Assembly: GCA_020891255.1 (NCBI GenBank)
Contig: BQFW01000013.1
Coordinates: 1,798,001 to 1,862,000 of the forward strand
Length of the DNA: 64,000 nucleotides
Source: Entomortierella parvispora E1425
Taxonomy: Eukaryota > Fungi > Mortierellomycota
Direction: 5' to 3'
In this document: in pieces, positions 1 through 14,823 of the stretch
Layout of the letters: each line of letters begins with the position of its first letter
Position numbering within the stretch: the first letter of the stretch is position 1
Position numbers and translations under genes: made by a program
The notes under the pieces: model-generated
Seen by the model: only the letters and a program-made list of their open reading frames with translations
Database searches by the model: none
What the model was told of the DNA's origin: nothing

Positions 1-709
1 CAGGGGTACAACATTGCTCTGACGGGTTCAGTGCCTTTTAGGGATGAGCTGTCCTCATGCCACTCGGTGCAGTCCAATTAGGAAAGTGAAAACATGGGAG
101 GTTGGGCGTGTGAACAGGGATCCATCCGCTCTTGCCAATCGCCGAATTGGCACTGACACGCGCAAAAGTGATCTAATTCCAAAACGGAGGAGTCAGGTTC
201 ATTAGTTGCATATCTAAAAGACCGTGCACCCGTGCATACTTGGAAAGTACATGTCTATGCGAAACCTGGAAGACCACCACCAGACCACCACCAACTCCTC
301 ATCCTCCTACTCCAATGCGAAATGGAAATTAAAGACCCTCACTCCTCCTAATCTTTCTTCCGACTTTGATGCAGGGTCATCACCTTCTGTGCATGGAAAT
401 GATGAAGACCCTCTCTGACTGTCGAGGAGGATGCACCCATGATGCGGGCCCGAAGCCAAAAAAAAAAAAAAAAAAAAAAAAAACAACGCGCTCCATAAAA
501 CAAACGCAAGTACACTCGCATGGATTTTCAATGTTTATTATATTTTCTGGCCAGTTCTTATAATTTAGAAGCGTTGCGGGTATTATTTTTTCGTGAGGGA
601 GAAAGAGGGATTTGAGCAGGAATGAGAAGATACATTAGGACAAGCAGAAAAGACATTACTCGGTCATGGTGAAAGCGACTGTTGTTGATCTTGTCATTAT
701 TTTTTTTTC

Positions 710-3700
710 TTAGGGAGCAACAGTGGCGGTAGCGCTTGGGGCAGGCGCAGAAGGAGTGGCCGTAACGGGGTCTACTGCAGACGTAGTGGTAGGCTGAGGG
801 ACCACCGTGACCGATGGCGATGACGAAGGTACCACAGGAACCTGGGACGGAGATGGGGACAAAGTAGGGGGAGCGACAGGAGCAGGGCCGCGCAATTTAT
901 CAAGATATTGACGAATGACGCCAAAGTCTGCAGGCGCTCTGGCAGCAGTGGTGCACCCCGTTTGTGAGATGTCTGTAGGATCGGGATAGTAGCCAATGCA
1001 GGACCAATCTGTGTTCTGGGGCGTTGGATCTTGACCCATAGTAATCATGGGCATGATGTTGAAGACAGAACGGCAAGGGGTCGTAATGCAGTTCTGCACA
1101 AAGGTGGCCCAGAACTCATCTGGGTAATTAATGAAATTACTATTGGCGGTCATCATACCAATCTGTGCCTTCCAAGAAACGGTCTTTGAAGTGTCGTTGG
1201 GTGCAAAGACAACAGGCACGAATGCTGGATCGTATCCCCAGCTTGCAAAGTCAACTCGGCCTTCGCCCCTACCGGGTATAGGTTTGCCGCCCTGAATGCC
1301 TCCGAGCCAATAGTCTTGGGATCCAAAGTCGAACTTGCTCGGATCCACGTACAAGCTCTCAATCGAGACCCGAATGCCAGGGTAGGGGTGATGGAACAAA
1401 GCCGAGAACTCAAAAATACCGTCCACACCTGTGTTCGGAAGCATCTTCATGTCCCAAATAGGATCATACGGCGGGAGCGTACTGATAGCGCTGCCGGCGT
1501 AAATAACGGTCGAGGTCTGTACATTGATCAAGCCAGCTGCTAATGCAGGGTTCGAGCTCGATTCCGGATAACAGTAGAGATATACGGTCGTTGACGGAAT
1601 TGATGCGTTGTTGATATCAGCGGCAATGTCGCTTGCTCGCTTCCCGTAAAGTGAGGCTTGGAGCTGGAGACTCGCGACAATGTTGTTGGGGCCGGGGACA
1701 AGAGTCAAATATTTGATACTAGACTGGCCAACTAATCCTGTAGGGAGGTAGTCAATACCCGCCATCATGGACAAATTGCCGATCGTGAGCGTCAGTTGAC
1801 TGGGGTTGTGAATAATGACTTGAGACTGAACAATAATGTCGCCCCATGGACTCATGGCCAAAATCGACTTGAAGTCGATCTTCTTGAGACCTTGAAGACC
1901 CGCCAACTGCGTTGTGACATCAAGAGGAATTCCTTTGACCTCAATGTCTCCAAATGGAGGCAGGCTCAACTTGGACGAAGCCGTGCCTCTCAAGCCCAAA
2001 GTGTAGATATCGGCCGCTGTCAAATTACCGATAAAGGTTTCGTAGGTCTTTTGCGAGGCATCTGGGATAACCAGGGGAGCAGGTGGAGTCACAACCGTAA
2101 CCATATCTCCGACGGAGGTTGAATGGGCATAGTCCGTGTCCAAAGTACCAACAAGGTTACCCGCCGTATCAAGGATCTGGACGTTCTGGCTCAATTGCGT
2201 GATGGGAGCTCCGTTGCGGAAGGGCAATTTGGTCTGGGCCGTGATGGTTGAGGTAGCATTCGGTTTCCAAACGCACTCACCGCAAGTGAAATCCATCTCC
2301 ATGGCATCAATCTTGACAGAAACAATGGGGGAGTAGGGCAGAGGAGGCAAAGCCGTGTCGAAAGTCAAGGTCCGGATAGCTGCGTCCAGCCACGAGAGAC
2401 CGGGGGCACCCAACCCTTTAGCCTGCAGGGGTGTCGAAATGTTGCTGACGGCATTGTGGAAGATTCCCTCAAGCACGGGAACCAAGGCTGCAGGGTTAGA
2501 TCCAGCAGCAATAGTGGCGTTCAAGGCAAAGTTCGAGGGAGAGTGCGCAATCAGCTGCATGTTGGTAGCCACTGCTGGTCCGAGAACCGTTCCTTGGAAC
2601 AGCGTCTGGAAGTTGGAGACAGGGATGGTCATGCCGATGGTCGAGGGGTTCTGGACATACGCACCGATAGACAAATGCAAACCAGCATCATCATAGGACT
2701 CGATGATGTAGTCGAGCAACTGCAGGCCTGCAAGCTTGTTGAATCCATCCAGAGTCACAGTCTTGGTCATGGATACTCCGGGCATCGAGGCACCCATGGC
2801 GTTGACAACAATGCCAGTGGTCGAGATGGTCCAGTCAAACTTGGCGTTGTTCAAAGCAAAGGTCGTGAACTCGGTGTAAGCTGCAGCATCGGTGATGGTA
2901 AACTGCACACCCTTCAGGTCCAGATTGGCACCTTGATCAGCAACAGCATTGACTGTGGGCATGGTCATTGATCCGATCGCCTTTCCGTTATAAGAGACAA
3001 CGACAGGGCTGGGGAACACAATTTCGGCATCCAAGGGACCTGTCTTGGTGATCGCACCAACAATATCGGTCAAGAAACTGGTCTCCTGAGGAGCGTTGAT
3101 GGTGATGGCACTGAATGCAAGGAGAGATGCATCGACAATCGATTGCGCAATTGGCGTTCCGACAAGAGGGATCAACTTCAGGATCGAACTGTCCGTGGCA
3201 GTAGCGACGCCGGTCTGGGTATAAGGGATCGTGACCTGGTAATCACCGACCTTGACTGTTGTGGTCATGGTGATATCGACCACAAGACCGGCCATGGCCT
3301 TGATCGTAAAGTCGGCAACATTGAATCCAGCAAACAAGCTGGCTGGAGGGGTGCCGCCATGTTGGAGCGAGAGCAGTCCCTCAAAGGCATCTGTGTTCAT
3401 ACCGTTCTTCTTGGCCTGGGCCATGATCAAGGTGACCAGATCAGCGGGGTTAGTGTTCATGGCCAAGCTGGCAGTGATGGTGCCCTGACCAACACCGGGG
3501 ATCACGGGAGGGGTAGCAAAGGTCGAGACGACCGAGCCAACCAATGCACCATTGTAGGTGATCTTGGAATCGATGGACAAGATTGACATGGCAGGGACGA
3601 AGGGGTTGTTGACAGTGACAACAGTCTGAGCGAGACCATTGACAAGAGTGGTGTTAAGCACTTCCAGAGATGCACCAGCGAGCAGCTTGGACTGCAGACC

Positions 3701-5841
3701 AGGCATCTGAGTCTCGATGTTCAAAGCACCAAAGGCGAGGCTCAAGGAATCAACTGTCGTGCTGGTGGGAGTACCGGTAATACTGACAGAGGCACCTGCG
3801 CCGCTTGTGTAAAGACTCAAGAGCTCGAGACCCTCAGGAGACTTGGCGGGATCGATAGTGGAAGTTGTAGCAACAGTGTTGGCTCCAGGCACAATAGAGA
3901 GGTTGGGCATGGTCACAGTTCCGAGGTTGACTCCCTTGTACATCAGAGCGAGGACGACATCTCCAGCTGAGAGCGAGATGGACGATGGGTTCACAATGAT
4001 GACAGATATGTTCATGGTCAAACCAGTGGTGGTTCCTGAGACGACCTGGAGCGAGGTAATGGTAGGAGCAGGGTTGGCAAGGCTCTGGAGACCACTCAGC
4101 TGAGTAGAGGCGTTGAAGGGGATGTTGACCAGGTTGACAACACCAATAGAGGTGTTGGCAAAGACAGAGGCCTGGCCAGTGACCTGGAAGGGAAGATCAG
4201 CTCCGACAGTGAGGTCGCGGTTGAACTCTTGGAAGGCTGCATGGGATGCATCGGGAACCAAGAGGGGAGTGGCGAGAAGGTTAAAGGTCAAAGTACCAGC
4301 AGCCATGTTGGATGTCGAGGGGTTGTAGGTCGAGTTCAAGTTGGCAATCACCACACCTCCCCGAGTCAAGGCAAAGGAGTTGGAGACCTGCTGGAACTGG
4401 ATGTTGAACCCAAAGCCATCAGGAAGACTGTAGTTGGCAAGAACACCCGTCGACGTGGTCACAGGCTCGTAGGCAGTGGGGGGAGTGAAGACGAGTCCGA
4501 GGGCACCAAGGTTAAGTCCCTTGATGAGCTGGAGAGGAACAGGGCTCTGAAGAGGAACAGTGAGCTTCAAGTTCTTGACGGCGGCCGACAACCAGTCGAG
4601 CGAGTTGACACCATCAGGCTTGACATCCACACCAGTGGCCGTCGTGTTGGTCAACACATTGCCAACGTACCGAGACATCATCTCCGAGGTCACCGCAAGA
4701 CCCTCGGTTGTGTTTTGAGGAATCAAGAGTCCCTTCATGGACATAGTTTGTACTCCGCGCACCATGGTCAGGTTGCTGGAGGTGACATAGCCCATGAGAA
4801 CATCCTGGTATGAAATGGCCAAGGTCAAGCTTCCCATGTACATCTGAATGGCCGAGGGATTGTTGACAGTGGTGTCAATCTCGATGATGATGCCCTTGCC
4901 CGAAGGATCATCACCAGGAAGAGCAAACTTTTCAATTTTGATGCCATTCAGACCGTCGAATGCTGAAGAAGAGAGAGAGAAAAGAAGAGGAAGGAATTGA
5001 CATGAGAACACGGTACACTCAAGTATGCAGATGGTAGTGCTAACATTAACATACCATTGACAGTGATATCTTTGCTGAGATCAAGATTCTTGACAGTGTG
5101 CGAGAGAGCCTTGACGTTGAGTTTGCCCTGGAGATGCCAGACAAAGGACTGGGCATTAAGCATATAGGATGAGAACTCGGCGAAGGCAGTGGCGTTGGTC
5201 ACGGTGAATGTACTACCGAGATTCAACGAACCCTTGCCGCCGCTATTATGAAGAGAGAGGCGAGGGTGATGAGTACGAATGTAAGAGTGGTAGGCGTGGT
5301 GATCATATAAACCTGCGAGAGAGACGCCAAACAGACAAAAATCAACTTACGAGGCCTTGCTGGTGCCAGGGATGTCAGTGGTACCGAGCTCGATGCCATT
5401 CCAAGAGACATAGACAGTGCCAGGGAACGAGATCTCAGCGCTGAAGGGACCAGTGTTACGCATGTTTCCTTGCATGGTAATGTCCATGGATGTGGCTGTC
5501 GGATTGACAATGTTCTAGGAGCGAGATCAAGCGAGAGGGGTATTAATATCACGCACATTAGAGAGTGGATTAAGAAAAGAGAGACAGCTATGGCGATAGG
5601 CATTTACAATAGCGTCAAACTCAATGGTGGCCTTGTTCATCAAGCCCTGAGCGATCTTGGGCATGATCACATAGAGTCCAAGCATGACGGCGACGATCAG
5701 AGTAATGATGGCGTTGGGGATGCAAAAGTACCAAAACTTTCTACGGTGATAGAACTTTGGTGGCGGTTTGGTCTCCTGCACATCGTACTCGTCAAACTCG
5801 TCGTGATGGTCTTCATCCTCCTCGCGGATGTCGAAAGCCAT
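710..5841 (-). CDS. Large DUF3712/Tag1-like membrane-anchored protein (~1612 aa, 4 exons)
   Basis: Hand-spliced exons 5841-5608, 5514-5351, 5242-5055 and 4962-710 (GT-AG, phases consistent, 4839 nt). Acidic N-terminus, then one TM helix (FWYFCIPNAIITLIVAVMLGLYVIMPKIAQ), then repeated beta-rich units (TGPFSAEISFP, TGPLDAEIVFPSPV, I/VxNPSxI) that I recognise as the fungal DUF3712 family. Confidence 0.8.
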
Positions 5842-8054
5842 GATGGTTGAGTGGATGTAATGAAGGGTGCTGAAAGGCGCGAAGTTATGAAGGGCTTTGA
5901 GCAAAGAGGAAACAAGAGTGTTTGCGCAAAATGCGTAGGGTGGGGTGGAAGGGGGTGAAGGGAGGGTGAAGAGAGGGTGAAGGAAGGAGGTCAGTAAGAA
6001 GGAAGGGAGACCAGGGAAGGTGGGGTGAAAGAGACCTTGACGAGTAAGAAAAAAAAAGGGAAGAGACTGAAAGTCTGGAGGTTATATATGTTCTTGTCTT
6101 GGGCAGGTTGAATGGGCAGTAACCCTGTCGACCTGCGTGGAGCCGAAGACAATTAAGCCAACCTGCTCTCATGGGGCGAATGCTTTCGCCGTCTTCGCCC
6201 CGGAGATGGACAGGCGACAGCAGAGACAACGAACACAGACATCTGACAGCGATGGGGAGTGAGAGGCAGGAACAGGGGTTCTGTAGTCCTGAATTTCAGG
6301 CGTTTGGTCTCTGGCATGGTGAGAGCTCGTTTCCTCCTTCCCTCGCCCGCGTTGAGCGAATATCTTCTGTCTCTGTTACCCAGGTCCTCCTCTGCCTTTT
6401 TTTCATATTCCGGGGGCTGAGGGGTCAAAAAAAATCAATGTGGACACAAGAAGTGAATAGATTGTGGGCACAGTCTGCGGTGTGGGCGTCAGGTTCACTC
6501 TGCGTGTTTCCTTTCCCTCGGCGCGCCTTATGAAATGAGCAAGTCAGTTTTTTTTGCGGCTGTTGTTTGCTGTCGCCTTCCAGTTGTTTTATCTTCATGG
6601 TGTGGAAAACAGAGTGGCCACCACTTGGGGCAGAAAGAAGATCCTCAAGACATAGAGATGGCCATCGGAACGAGGGAGGTGCTGCTCGACAGTGATGAAC
6701 AGCTGTCGCAGTTCGGATCAGGGGCGCCCACGAAGAGGCCATTCTTCGCGCTGAACTGGTAATTTATGCTGGCGTTCGAACTTTAAAGTCCAGCCCTGGG
6801 TTTGCCTGTTGTTTTTTGCTGCAAACAACTGCTTTACCTGGATGTCCATTCGCCCTGCTTTGTACTTATTCTCCACATTTTCTCATGCTGGAGAGCAAAC
6901 TTACTCTAACGTACTCCTGCGCTACAGTCTGCTGAAGTGGTTGACACGAGCAAAACGAAGGTTAGACCAATGGCGTCGAGTTGTACACAACTTTACCAGC
7001 ATGGCATACCTGACGGCCTCTTGTCCTTTTGGATATCCCAGGATTACTCTTCCCCTCGACGGGTTGATCAAGGACAAGTAACCTGCTGTACTCGTCTACA
7101 GGAGTGGGGACAACTATGACCATGCTTCTGCGCTAGAAAGAGCACGAATGGGATTGATAGGGTGGCACATCTGGGAAGGTCAGACCATGTGAAGGAGCCT
7201 CCGCTCACCCCATCTTATTGTAAGTTTCAGAGTAACAAGAGTGAGCTCAATTAGGCGGACTATTGAATTTTTGATCTGAGATCACTTTCATTTCAGAGAT
7301 TCCCGCGCGGCACAACAGTGTAGAAGAGGACCAACCTGTGTCCGTTTCTCCTTTGTTCTCGGACAGCATGGTTCAAGGGTGCATCTGTCCGTCTTCCAGG
7401 GACCTGACTGTTCACTGCCTCGGCGTGCCTACGGCTGACTGCTCGAGAGGATAGAAAAAGAGGGCCAGGAGTGATCGATCGCTGCTCACTGCACGGCAGC
7501 ATAGCGTCGTGGCCAGCAGAGAGAGAGAGAGAGAGAGAGAGAGAAGGATGATGCAAGGAGAAGACCCAAGTGGAGCGAGGACAGGTCAGCGCAATTAAAG
7601 AGACAACAGAAGCGAACGGCCCAAGGCCCTTTGGGTAGATGGTGCATGGCTCTCGTCTTCTCGTCTCTGCAACAGTTCCAAGGGGGTTTGTTGTTTTACC
7701 TATGGTCTCTGACCCCCTTGCTTTGCATTGTGCTCGTGCACTTGGACCTATTGCCGCCCTTTTTTCCATGCCTTCTTTCATCTCTTTCCCTCCCTCCCTC
7801 TCTCTCTCTTTCGTTCTTGTTCCTCTCTTTTCTTTCCCTCTGCTCTCTCATTCATTCATTCACCTCCCTCCATTTACCTTCCTCCTTTCCGCCCATTTCA
7901 CTTTGCATGAACTCCACATCTGTGCACGCATACCTCGCTTTGTAGTTTTTTTTCCCCCGGTCAGTAACCCTGTGTACCCACCTCACCACCTCATAAAAGG
8001 GTCTGTAGAGACAATTGGAAATCCTCAGCTCGCTCCCAAGAAAGCCGTGCACCA

Positions 8055-11000
8055 ATGAATCTGGCTCAGGCAGTCGCATCCAATGACCTTGCTGTCGTCA
8101 GGGAGCTATGTCAAAATGGCCAGGACCCCAATCAGACTTTCGCTTGCAGTCCTCGCCAGTCTGCCTATGCAGTTCAGCCGATTATGGGGCATGCTCAGAA
8201 CTTTGAACCGGACGATGTCCTTTACGGTGCCACGCCTCTCAACCTCGCCGTCCTGAACGGGAACGAGGAGATTGTCAGAGTCTTGATAGATGCTGGTGCA
8301 GACCTGAACAAGAAGGATGGACGGGGAAGGTAAACAAGCAGACAAAGTGGTGCGATAGGGGAAGGTGGTCCTCTTACATCCACCCCCTCTCTTCTCCATT
8401 TTCTAACGTGCCTCTACAGAACCGCACTGCTCTGTGCTCTCTATGGACTAGATACCCTTACGATTACCCCTGCAAACCTGGCGTTGATCTCGCAAACGTC
8501 CCCTGCCCATCTTTCGATCCTGCGGCACTGCATCCTCCCTCACCCTTCCATCACCCTTTCAACCCTCAATGCGCCACAGGACGAGATCAAGGGCATCACC
8601 CCTCTCTGCCTGGCGAGTTATCTCGGCAAGGACGTTGTGGTTAAATGTCTCCTTGAGGCCGGCAAGGTGGATGTCGACGCCACAGATCGGAAGGGAGCGA
8701 CGGCCCTCATGTATGCAGGTAAAGTCCTTTCTTGTGCGCAATTGGGTGTTCGTGGTTGTCAGTTTGTATTTGAGTTGCAGTCGGGGAGTGTTTTCGAACC
8801 ACAACCACATCACACCGTTACTCCGTACTCAACTCACGAACTCTATACAAAAACCCAATAGCGCGAGATCGACACATGGCTGTGGTCAAGACCCTGTTGC
8901 GGCATGGCGCCTCGCCTGACCAGACAGATAGCAACGGCTGGTCCTCGATCCAGTATGGTCAAGCATACCCCGAGATTGTCCAGATGTTCGAGGAGACTCT
9001 GCGATGCAAAAGGCCCGAGGTTTTGGTATGGCGTTGGCTGCCTTCTTCTTTCATGCAAGCAGATGCACCCTGGGAGTTCTTACTGACATTTTTCCTCTCC
9101 CTCGCTCGTTCGCTCACTCGTTCTTGCATGTTCTTGCATGCAACACAGCATCTACTCACCCCTCCCGAATCCCCTCAACCTCGCCTTGCTGTTTCATCGT
9201 TGGACCGATCAGCCGATGGTTCGAATAACGCAGCGCTACCGTTTGCGCTCTCACAGAGTCTGGTGCGATACCCTCTTTACTACTCCAAGCTCTCGTCGTT
9301 GCTTTCATCCCTGCCTGTGGCACAAAGCATTGTGAGTACCTCCAACAGCAACAGGGATGGAACAAGTGCACTGACCCTCCAACTTTCTCCTGCAGGGGCT
9401 GTCAACAATGGTGTGAACAACAATGCTCTTGGGCCAGGGGGTCGAACAACTTCCTCAGAAGTTGTCACAGCGCAGCAGATTCAAAGGACAACACACGCGG
9501 CGCTCCTGGAGGCTATTAAACTAGGGGATTTTATGTCTCTCCAGTCCCTTTTGATGGCACCGCCCTCTCTGAACGATGGACAAGGGGGCAGTAGTAGTGG
9601 CAGTAGTAGTGGCAGCAATGGTGGCGGAGGAGGAAGTGGTGGTGGATCGGCCAACGTAGCACTTGTCAACCATCATGATCCCCAGACTGGTCTTACGCCA
9701 CTACACCATGCTCTCCGAACAAGACCATTACCTTCCATGGAGACGGTCAAGATTCTATACCAAGCGGGCGCAGACATGAATGCACAGAGTCACTATGGAC
9801 GTACTGCACTGCACCACCTTTGCAGATTCAGCCTCGAACATGCACTAGCCCCCATTGTCGATGACACTTCCGCCAACAACAATAATGCCTCGGCTTCCAC
9901 TACCACCACACAACAAGGATCATCTACAAATAGTATTGGGGGTGTCTCTGGTTCGACGACGACCGCTGTTGAAGATTTCAAACCCCATCGCAGAAAGCAC
10001 CGTCATCGAACTGACACGAATGGATCTGCAGGCTCAAATCACTTGACGCCCACAAACGGAAAGGAAGCCCCTGGTTCCTCGGCTGCCTCGACCACTTCTT
10101 CCAATGATCTCTCTACAGGACCTCGACACCCACATGGAACTCTAATGGACACAGGTGCAGTCAAAACGGCCTCCCCAGAGGAGATCCAACGAGCATCCCA
10201 ACACTTGGCGGATTGCTGTCGACTGCTGCTACGCTTGGGCTCATTGGTCAATATTGCAGACCGTCATGGAAACACACCTTTGCACTTTGCAGTCGAGTAC
10301 GGTGGTGTGCTAGAAGTCGTCGCCGTACTTGTTAAAGAAGGTGCAGATATCGAGCAACGAAACACTAAAGGCCTGAATCCTCTTGATGTTGTTCGAGGAG
10401 AGCAGTCTGAGGAGATGCGACGTATCCTTGGTAAGTTCAAGCTTCCACCTTTTCTATATTCTTGCAAGGAGAGAAGTGAGCTAATATCATGTTTTTTTTT
10501 CTTTCTTTCGGTCGACAGAGAGCGGTAGATCTAATGCTGCAGGAGAAAAAAAAGAGGACGGAACCCTAGTGTCCAACACCCTTGTTCCTGCGTACCAGAC
10601 TCGGGACAGCATCCTGAAACCTCTGAACTTGCCCGAGACGCTTCACGAAGTAGACTTCCAGTTCAATCAAGTATTGCAGAATCTGGAGCACTACCAAAAC
10701 CACACCTCGGTTTCCATTGAGACGTCCTTACAGTACATTACCGATCAAATCCTGCTGGGCTGGTCGCCCGAGAACCAAGGTGGAGGCACGAACGGATACG
10801 GTCAATCCCAGGAAGAATACAATGCCGACCTGGTGGCGTCCCTTGAGAATCTCAAATATGAACTCGAGAGTACTTATGAGCTCTTGATGATCACAGAAGA
10901 GCAGTATCGGGATGTGATTACTTTCTACGAAACAGAGCTGGACGAGATGACACGACAAAACTTGGCCGTTTTGACATCATACGATTCCGAAAAGTCCAAA

Positions 11001-14000
11001 GTCACTAGCCTCTACTCCATTTACACCCGACTCTTGGAGCAACTGGAGGAGCTTGAGGCTGAGAATGAGGGACTCAAGACCGAACTCGAAGAAAAGAAAC
11101 GACGAGGTCTGGTCAGTTTGGGCAGACTGGTCCATGGTGCAATTGGAGGACAATGGTCAGGCTCCAGGAACGGAACAGGTGTTTCATTGGCCAAACGCAA
11201 GGCGGCCTTGATCAAGAGAAACAACGAGGCCTTGATAGCAAGTACTTCATTAGACGAGGAGCAAGTCTCGAAGGATTCAGGCGGTGCACGCTTGGAGGGG
11301 TTACCTCGACCTTCCATGGTTCTAATGTCTCAGGACGCCCTCTCGGGCAACCACCCTTCGGCCGATCAAATCAGGCGCCAACAAGAACAAGATGAAGAAG
11401 AGGAGGAAAGGGCGCGAACTATCCCCAGGCCTCACTCCCCTTCGCTAACCGTCATGTCCTCGGAGAATGAGCCGGCCATGCATACCATCGCGGTCCTCTC
11501 TCAAAAAGTGTCCCTTTTGGAACAAGAGCTGGCTTCAAAGACATGCGACATCAAAGAGCGCGATCTCCTGGTCAGTGAGCTCTCGGATCTGATTGAGGAG
11601 CAGTCTCGCACCTTTGAGGATGAACTCAAGTCACGCGAGGAGAGAATCGACAGTATGGCCAAGGTTCTCGGACGGATCGACAAAGGAGAGTCGGCCCAAA
11701 CTCTGGTGGATGAGCTGGCTGTCAAAATGACGCTCCAGGAGGATAAGCAAAGAATGGATAGGGGGATCGTCTCTGCAAGTCTCTCGGCCTGCGGCGGTGA
11801 TGAGAGAAATGAACCCATCGATTGGACGGTCCTGTTGAAGGCAAGGAGAGGATCCGAGACTGTGAAAGGAAGAGGAGAGCAAGACATTGCAGCGGTTCTG
11901 AAAAGTGAGCTGGAATTGACAAAGGCCCAGACATCTCGATTGGAAATGGCCAATGAAGTCCTGAAAGAGCGGTGGATGCGTGCATTGAGCGACTTGGATG
12001 AGATCCAACAATCCGAGGCCGCCAACCCTGCCCTGGTCAATGGCAGTAATAGCGGTAGTCGACCGGGCAGCACCAATAGTAGCGGTCACATTGATGTTGG
12101 ACCTGGTCTGGATGGCACCGAATCTGTCATCTCCTTCTCTCAGAGCGTGGCGGGACCAAGAGTGACCCGTGTGTTTGTGGCCAAGAAACGACCTCAGAGC
12201 GATCAACAGGACGAACCCTTGATGTTGACCCTCGATGAGGGCGGCCAGCCCCTGCCGGATTCTCCAACACTGGAAGAGATCGAACTTGTCTTTGAGATCT
12301 TGATGGCTAACTTGGCCGAAATTTCAAGGGATTCAGAAGAAGCCGATCTCCGCCTTCAAGAGTGTACGCGCGCCAAGGAACAGATTTACAAGCGTTGCCT
12401 GTACCTTGACGGTCTACAGCGGAAATTGGACGAGAATGTGGAGAAGATTGTTTCGCAACCCTTCAAGGCCGACACTCAGCCACCGAACTTCATGCAGGAG
12501 CAGCTCAAGTTGCAGACACAATTGAATCAGTTGATGAGCCAGGCCGAGTCTGTCACGAAAATGAATCAAAAACTGAAGCAGGATTTGCAAGACTACAAAG
12601 AAGAAAAGCAGACGAGACTGAAGGAGTTGGATCAAGTCCGGGAGTTGATGCGTAAGATCGGACCTCAAGAGCTGCTGAGGGGTCTGCTAGTCAAACTTGA
12701 GATTGCCAATCCAGAAAATGGTGGAGCAATCAACGAGGCCCGGAGGGAGGCTATCGCGACGGCAGTCGCTCAGGGTATGGAACTAGCTGCAGAGTTGGCT
12801 GCAGAGGAAGAAGAGAATGGCGGTGGATCTCTCCTGGGAGGCGATCGGGTTGCTTCTCACCTGTGGCGGAACTCTTGCAGTGTCATTGACGAGGGTGACG
12901 GCCAGGATGCGATCGATTCCAGACTGGAGACAGCATCGATCGACTATTACACCCAGTCTTGCTCTATCAGTGATCACAAATTGTTTATTCAGTCCCTATG
13001 CTCGACCCTCTATGCTCTTCAAATGACAACCTCGCATCAAATTGTGAGTCTCAAGTCGTCCCTGGCCGAGTCTAGGGCATCGCTTGTCTTGGCCGATCAG
13101 GAGCTTTCCAACTTGAACGATCAGATCGCAGGACTCTATGATGAAGTGGGTACTCTCCGAAACCAGCTCCGGGGACTCCAACATGAACTGGACCGACTGA
13201 TTCAACATCGCAAGGCAGAAGTTGAAAAGGTCTGGGAAATTGTGGGCGAAGTCCGCCTAACCAACGGAGTGGCCAGCAGTGGCGGTGGTGGCAGCGATGG
13301 CGGCGCAGGAATGGACCATGACCAGGATGATGGAGGCTCAGTCTCGAGTGGAGATACCAATCGAAAGAGTGCCTCGATCCAGAGTCGTGCTCTAGCCACG
13401 TCTGTGAGACATTCCAACGCATTGGCCGCAGCTGGATCTTTGGCCGGCACTACAGTGGTGGCTGGCGGGAGCTCCACTGACAATGGAGGCCATTCAAGCA
13501 GCGTCGAGGGCGCCAGTGGGGATGCAGGAAGGTTTGCTGCTGCATCCGCTGCTGGAGGTGAAGGCGAAGGTAGAGATCGCGACTCTGCCGTGGCTCGGTC
13601 ACTTTCGATCTCGCGTGCAGAGCGCGCCTCGGTTCTCCGCCGAGTCTCGTCTCCCCCAGTTCTGTCCGAGAATGACGAAGAGACGATGAGCAATGGAGCG
13701 ATATCTCGTGTTAGCCATGAGTATTCTGATCGTGGCTCCACCGCCGGAGCATCTACTTCCGAACTGGATCGACATGCCCTCATCTCGGCCGAGATGGAGA
13801 AACTGAGAGGGGTTCACTTGCATCTTCTCTCGACCATCACCGAGTACAAGAAGCAGATCTCGGTTGTCAAGGATCGAAACTTGAAGCTGGTTGCCACTCT
13901 TTTGGACCGCGAAAGAGTTCGACTTTGGACAGCGGATGGTCAAGACGACTTTATCAACGCCATGATTACCGCCAACTCCTCTGCGAGTTCTTCAAACAGC

Positions 14001-14723
14001 AGTGGTCATGGTTACAACAACAGCAACAACACTGGAAGCTACGGTTACAGCGGCAGTTATAATGGCCATCGTACCGGCGGTAACGTGTCCACGTCCGTCG
14101 GAGCAATCCATCTAGGAGGGGAACCCACGACTATGGGTTCTTCGTCCCCTTCCAACAACTTACTCAACCCAGGCATTGCAGCAGGCACGAAGAAGCATCA
14201 TCATTTGAGTCTGACAGCGGCAGAAGACGGAATCAAGCTGTTGAGATGTCAATTGGAGAGAATCCGTCAGTCCGAGATGACTCGCTTCGCGGAGATGGGT
14301 GTTGGTTTGACCATGAATTACCCGGGACTGTATCCTCCCCCGTTTTCTGCCTCGGGCTCTGAATCGGGGACGCCATCGTCGCCCCTGTCCAGCCTAGGTA
14401 TTAACACGTCTGGAGGACGTGTCTTTGGTAATGGAGCCCTGAGCAGTAGCAAACCTCCTCTTCCAGGATCCCTTGGTTTCAGAAGCGGATTAGGCAAGAA
14501 GGCCACCAGCCCAGTCGTAGCCTCATCCTCCTCCACTGCTGATGGGGCGTCAAGCAATACTGGTGGGGCGTCAAACAGTACCGGTGGGGCGTCAAGCAGT
14601 ACCGGTGCCATTGAAAAACCAAACAACAAAAGCTCTACGAATACAGCTGGGGACTCCCAATTCGAGGCGGCTCTTTACTCGGATCTTGAGAACCGATACA
14701 GCGGCCAAGGAGGGTTCCGATAG
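8055..14723 (+). CDS. Ankyrin-repeat protein with long coiled-coil C-terminal region (~2070 aa, 5 exons)
   Basis: Exons 8055-8329, 8420-8718, 8862-9019, 9149-10430 and 10519-14723 (an alternative in-frame acceptor exists at 10543). Ankyrin motifs: GATPLNLAVLNG, GITPLCLASYLG, GATALMYA, GLTPLHHA, GRTALHHL, GNTPLHFA. E/L/Q-rich heptad segments follow in the 1384-aa ORF. Confidence 0.8.
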
Positions 14724-14823
14724 TTCATCTCACAAAGACTTTTCATCTGCATGTTCATAGCCAAGTATTAAATAATAAACATCTCAATAACGAAGAAAGA
14801 CGTGTGTGAATGGGCAACAATGT

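Noticed and set aside
224-418. 64-aa ORF, possible 3' end of a gene entering from outside the window
   Set aside because: No recognisable domain or clear splice acceptor; cannot be supported.
6400-7200. Protein-like fragments and possible splice signals in the intergenic region
   Set aside because: No consistent frame or identifiable family.
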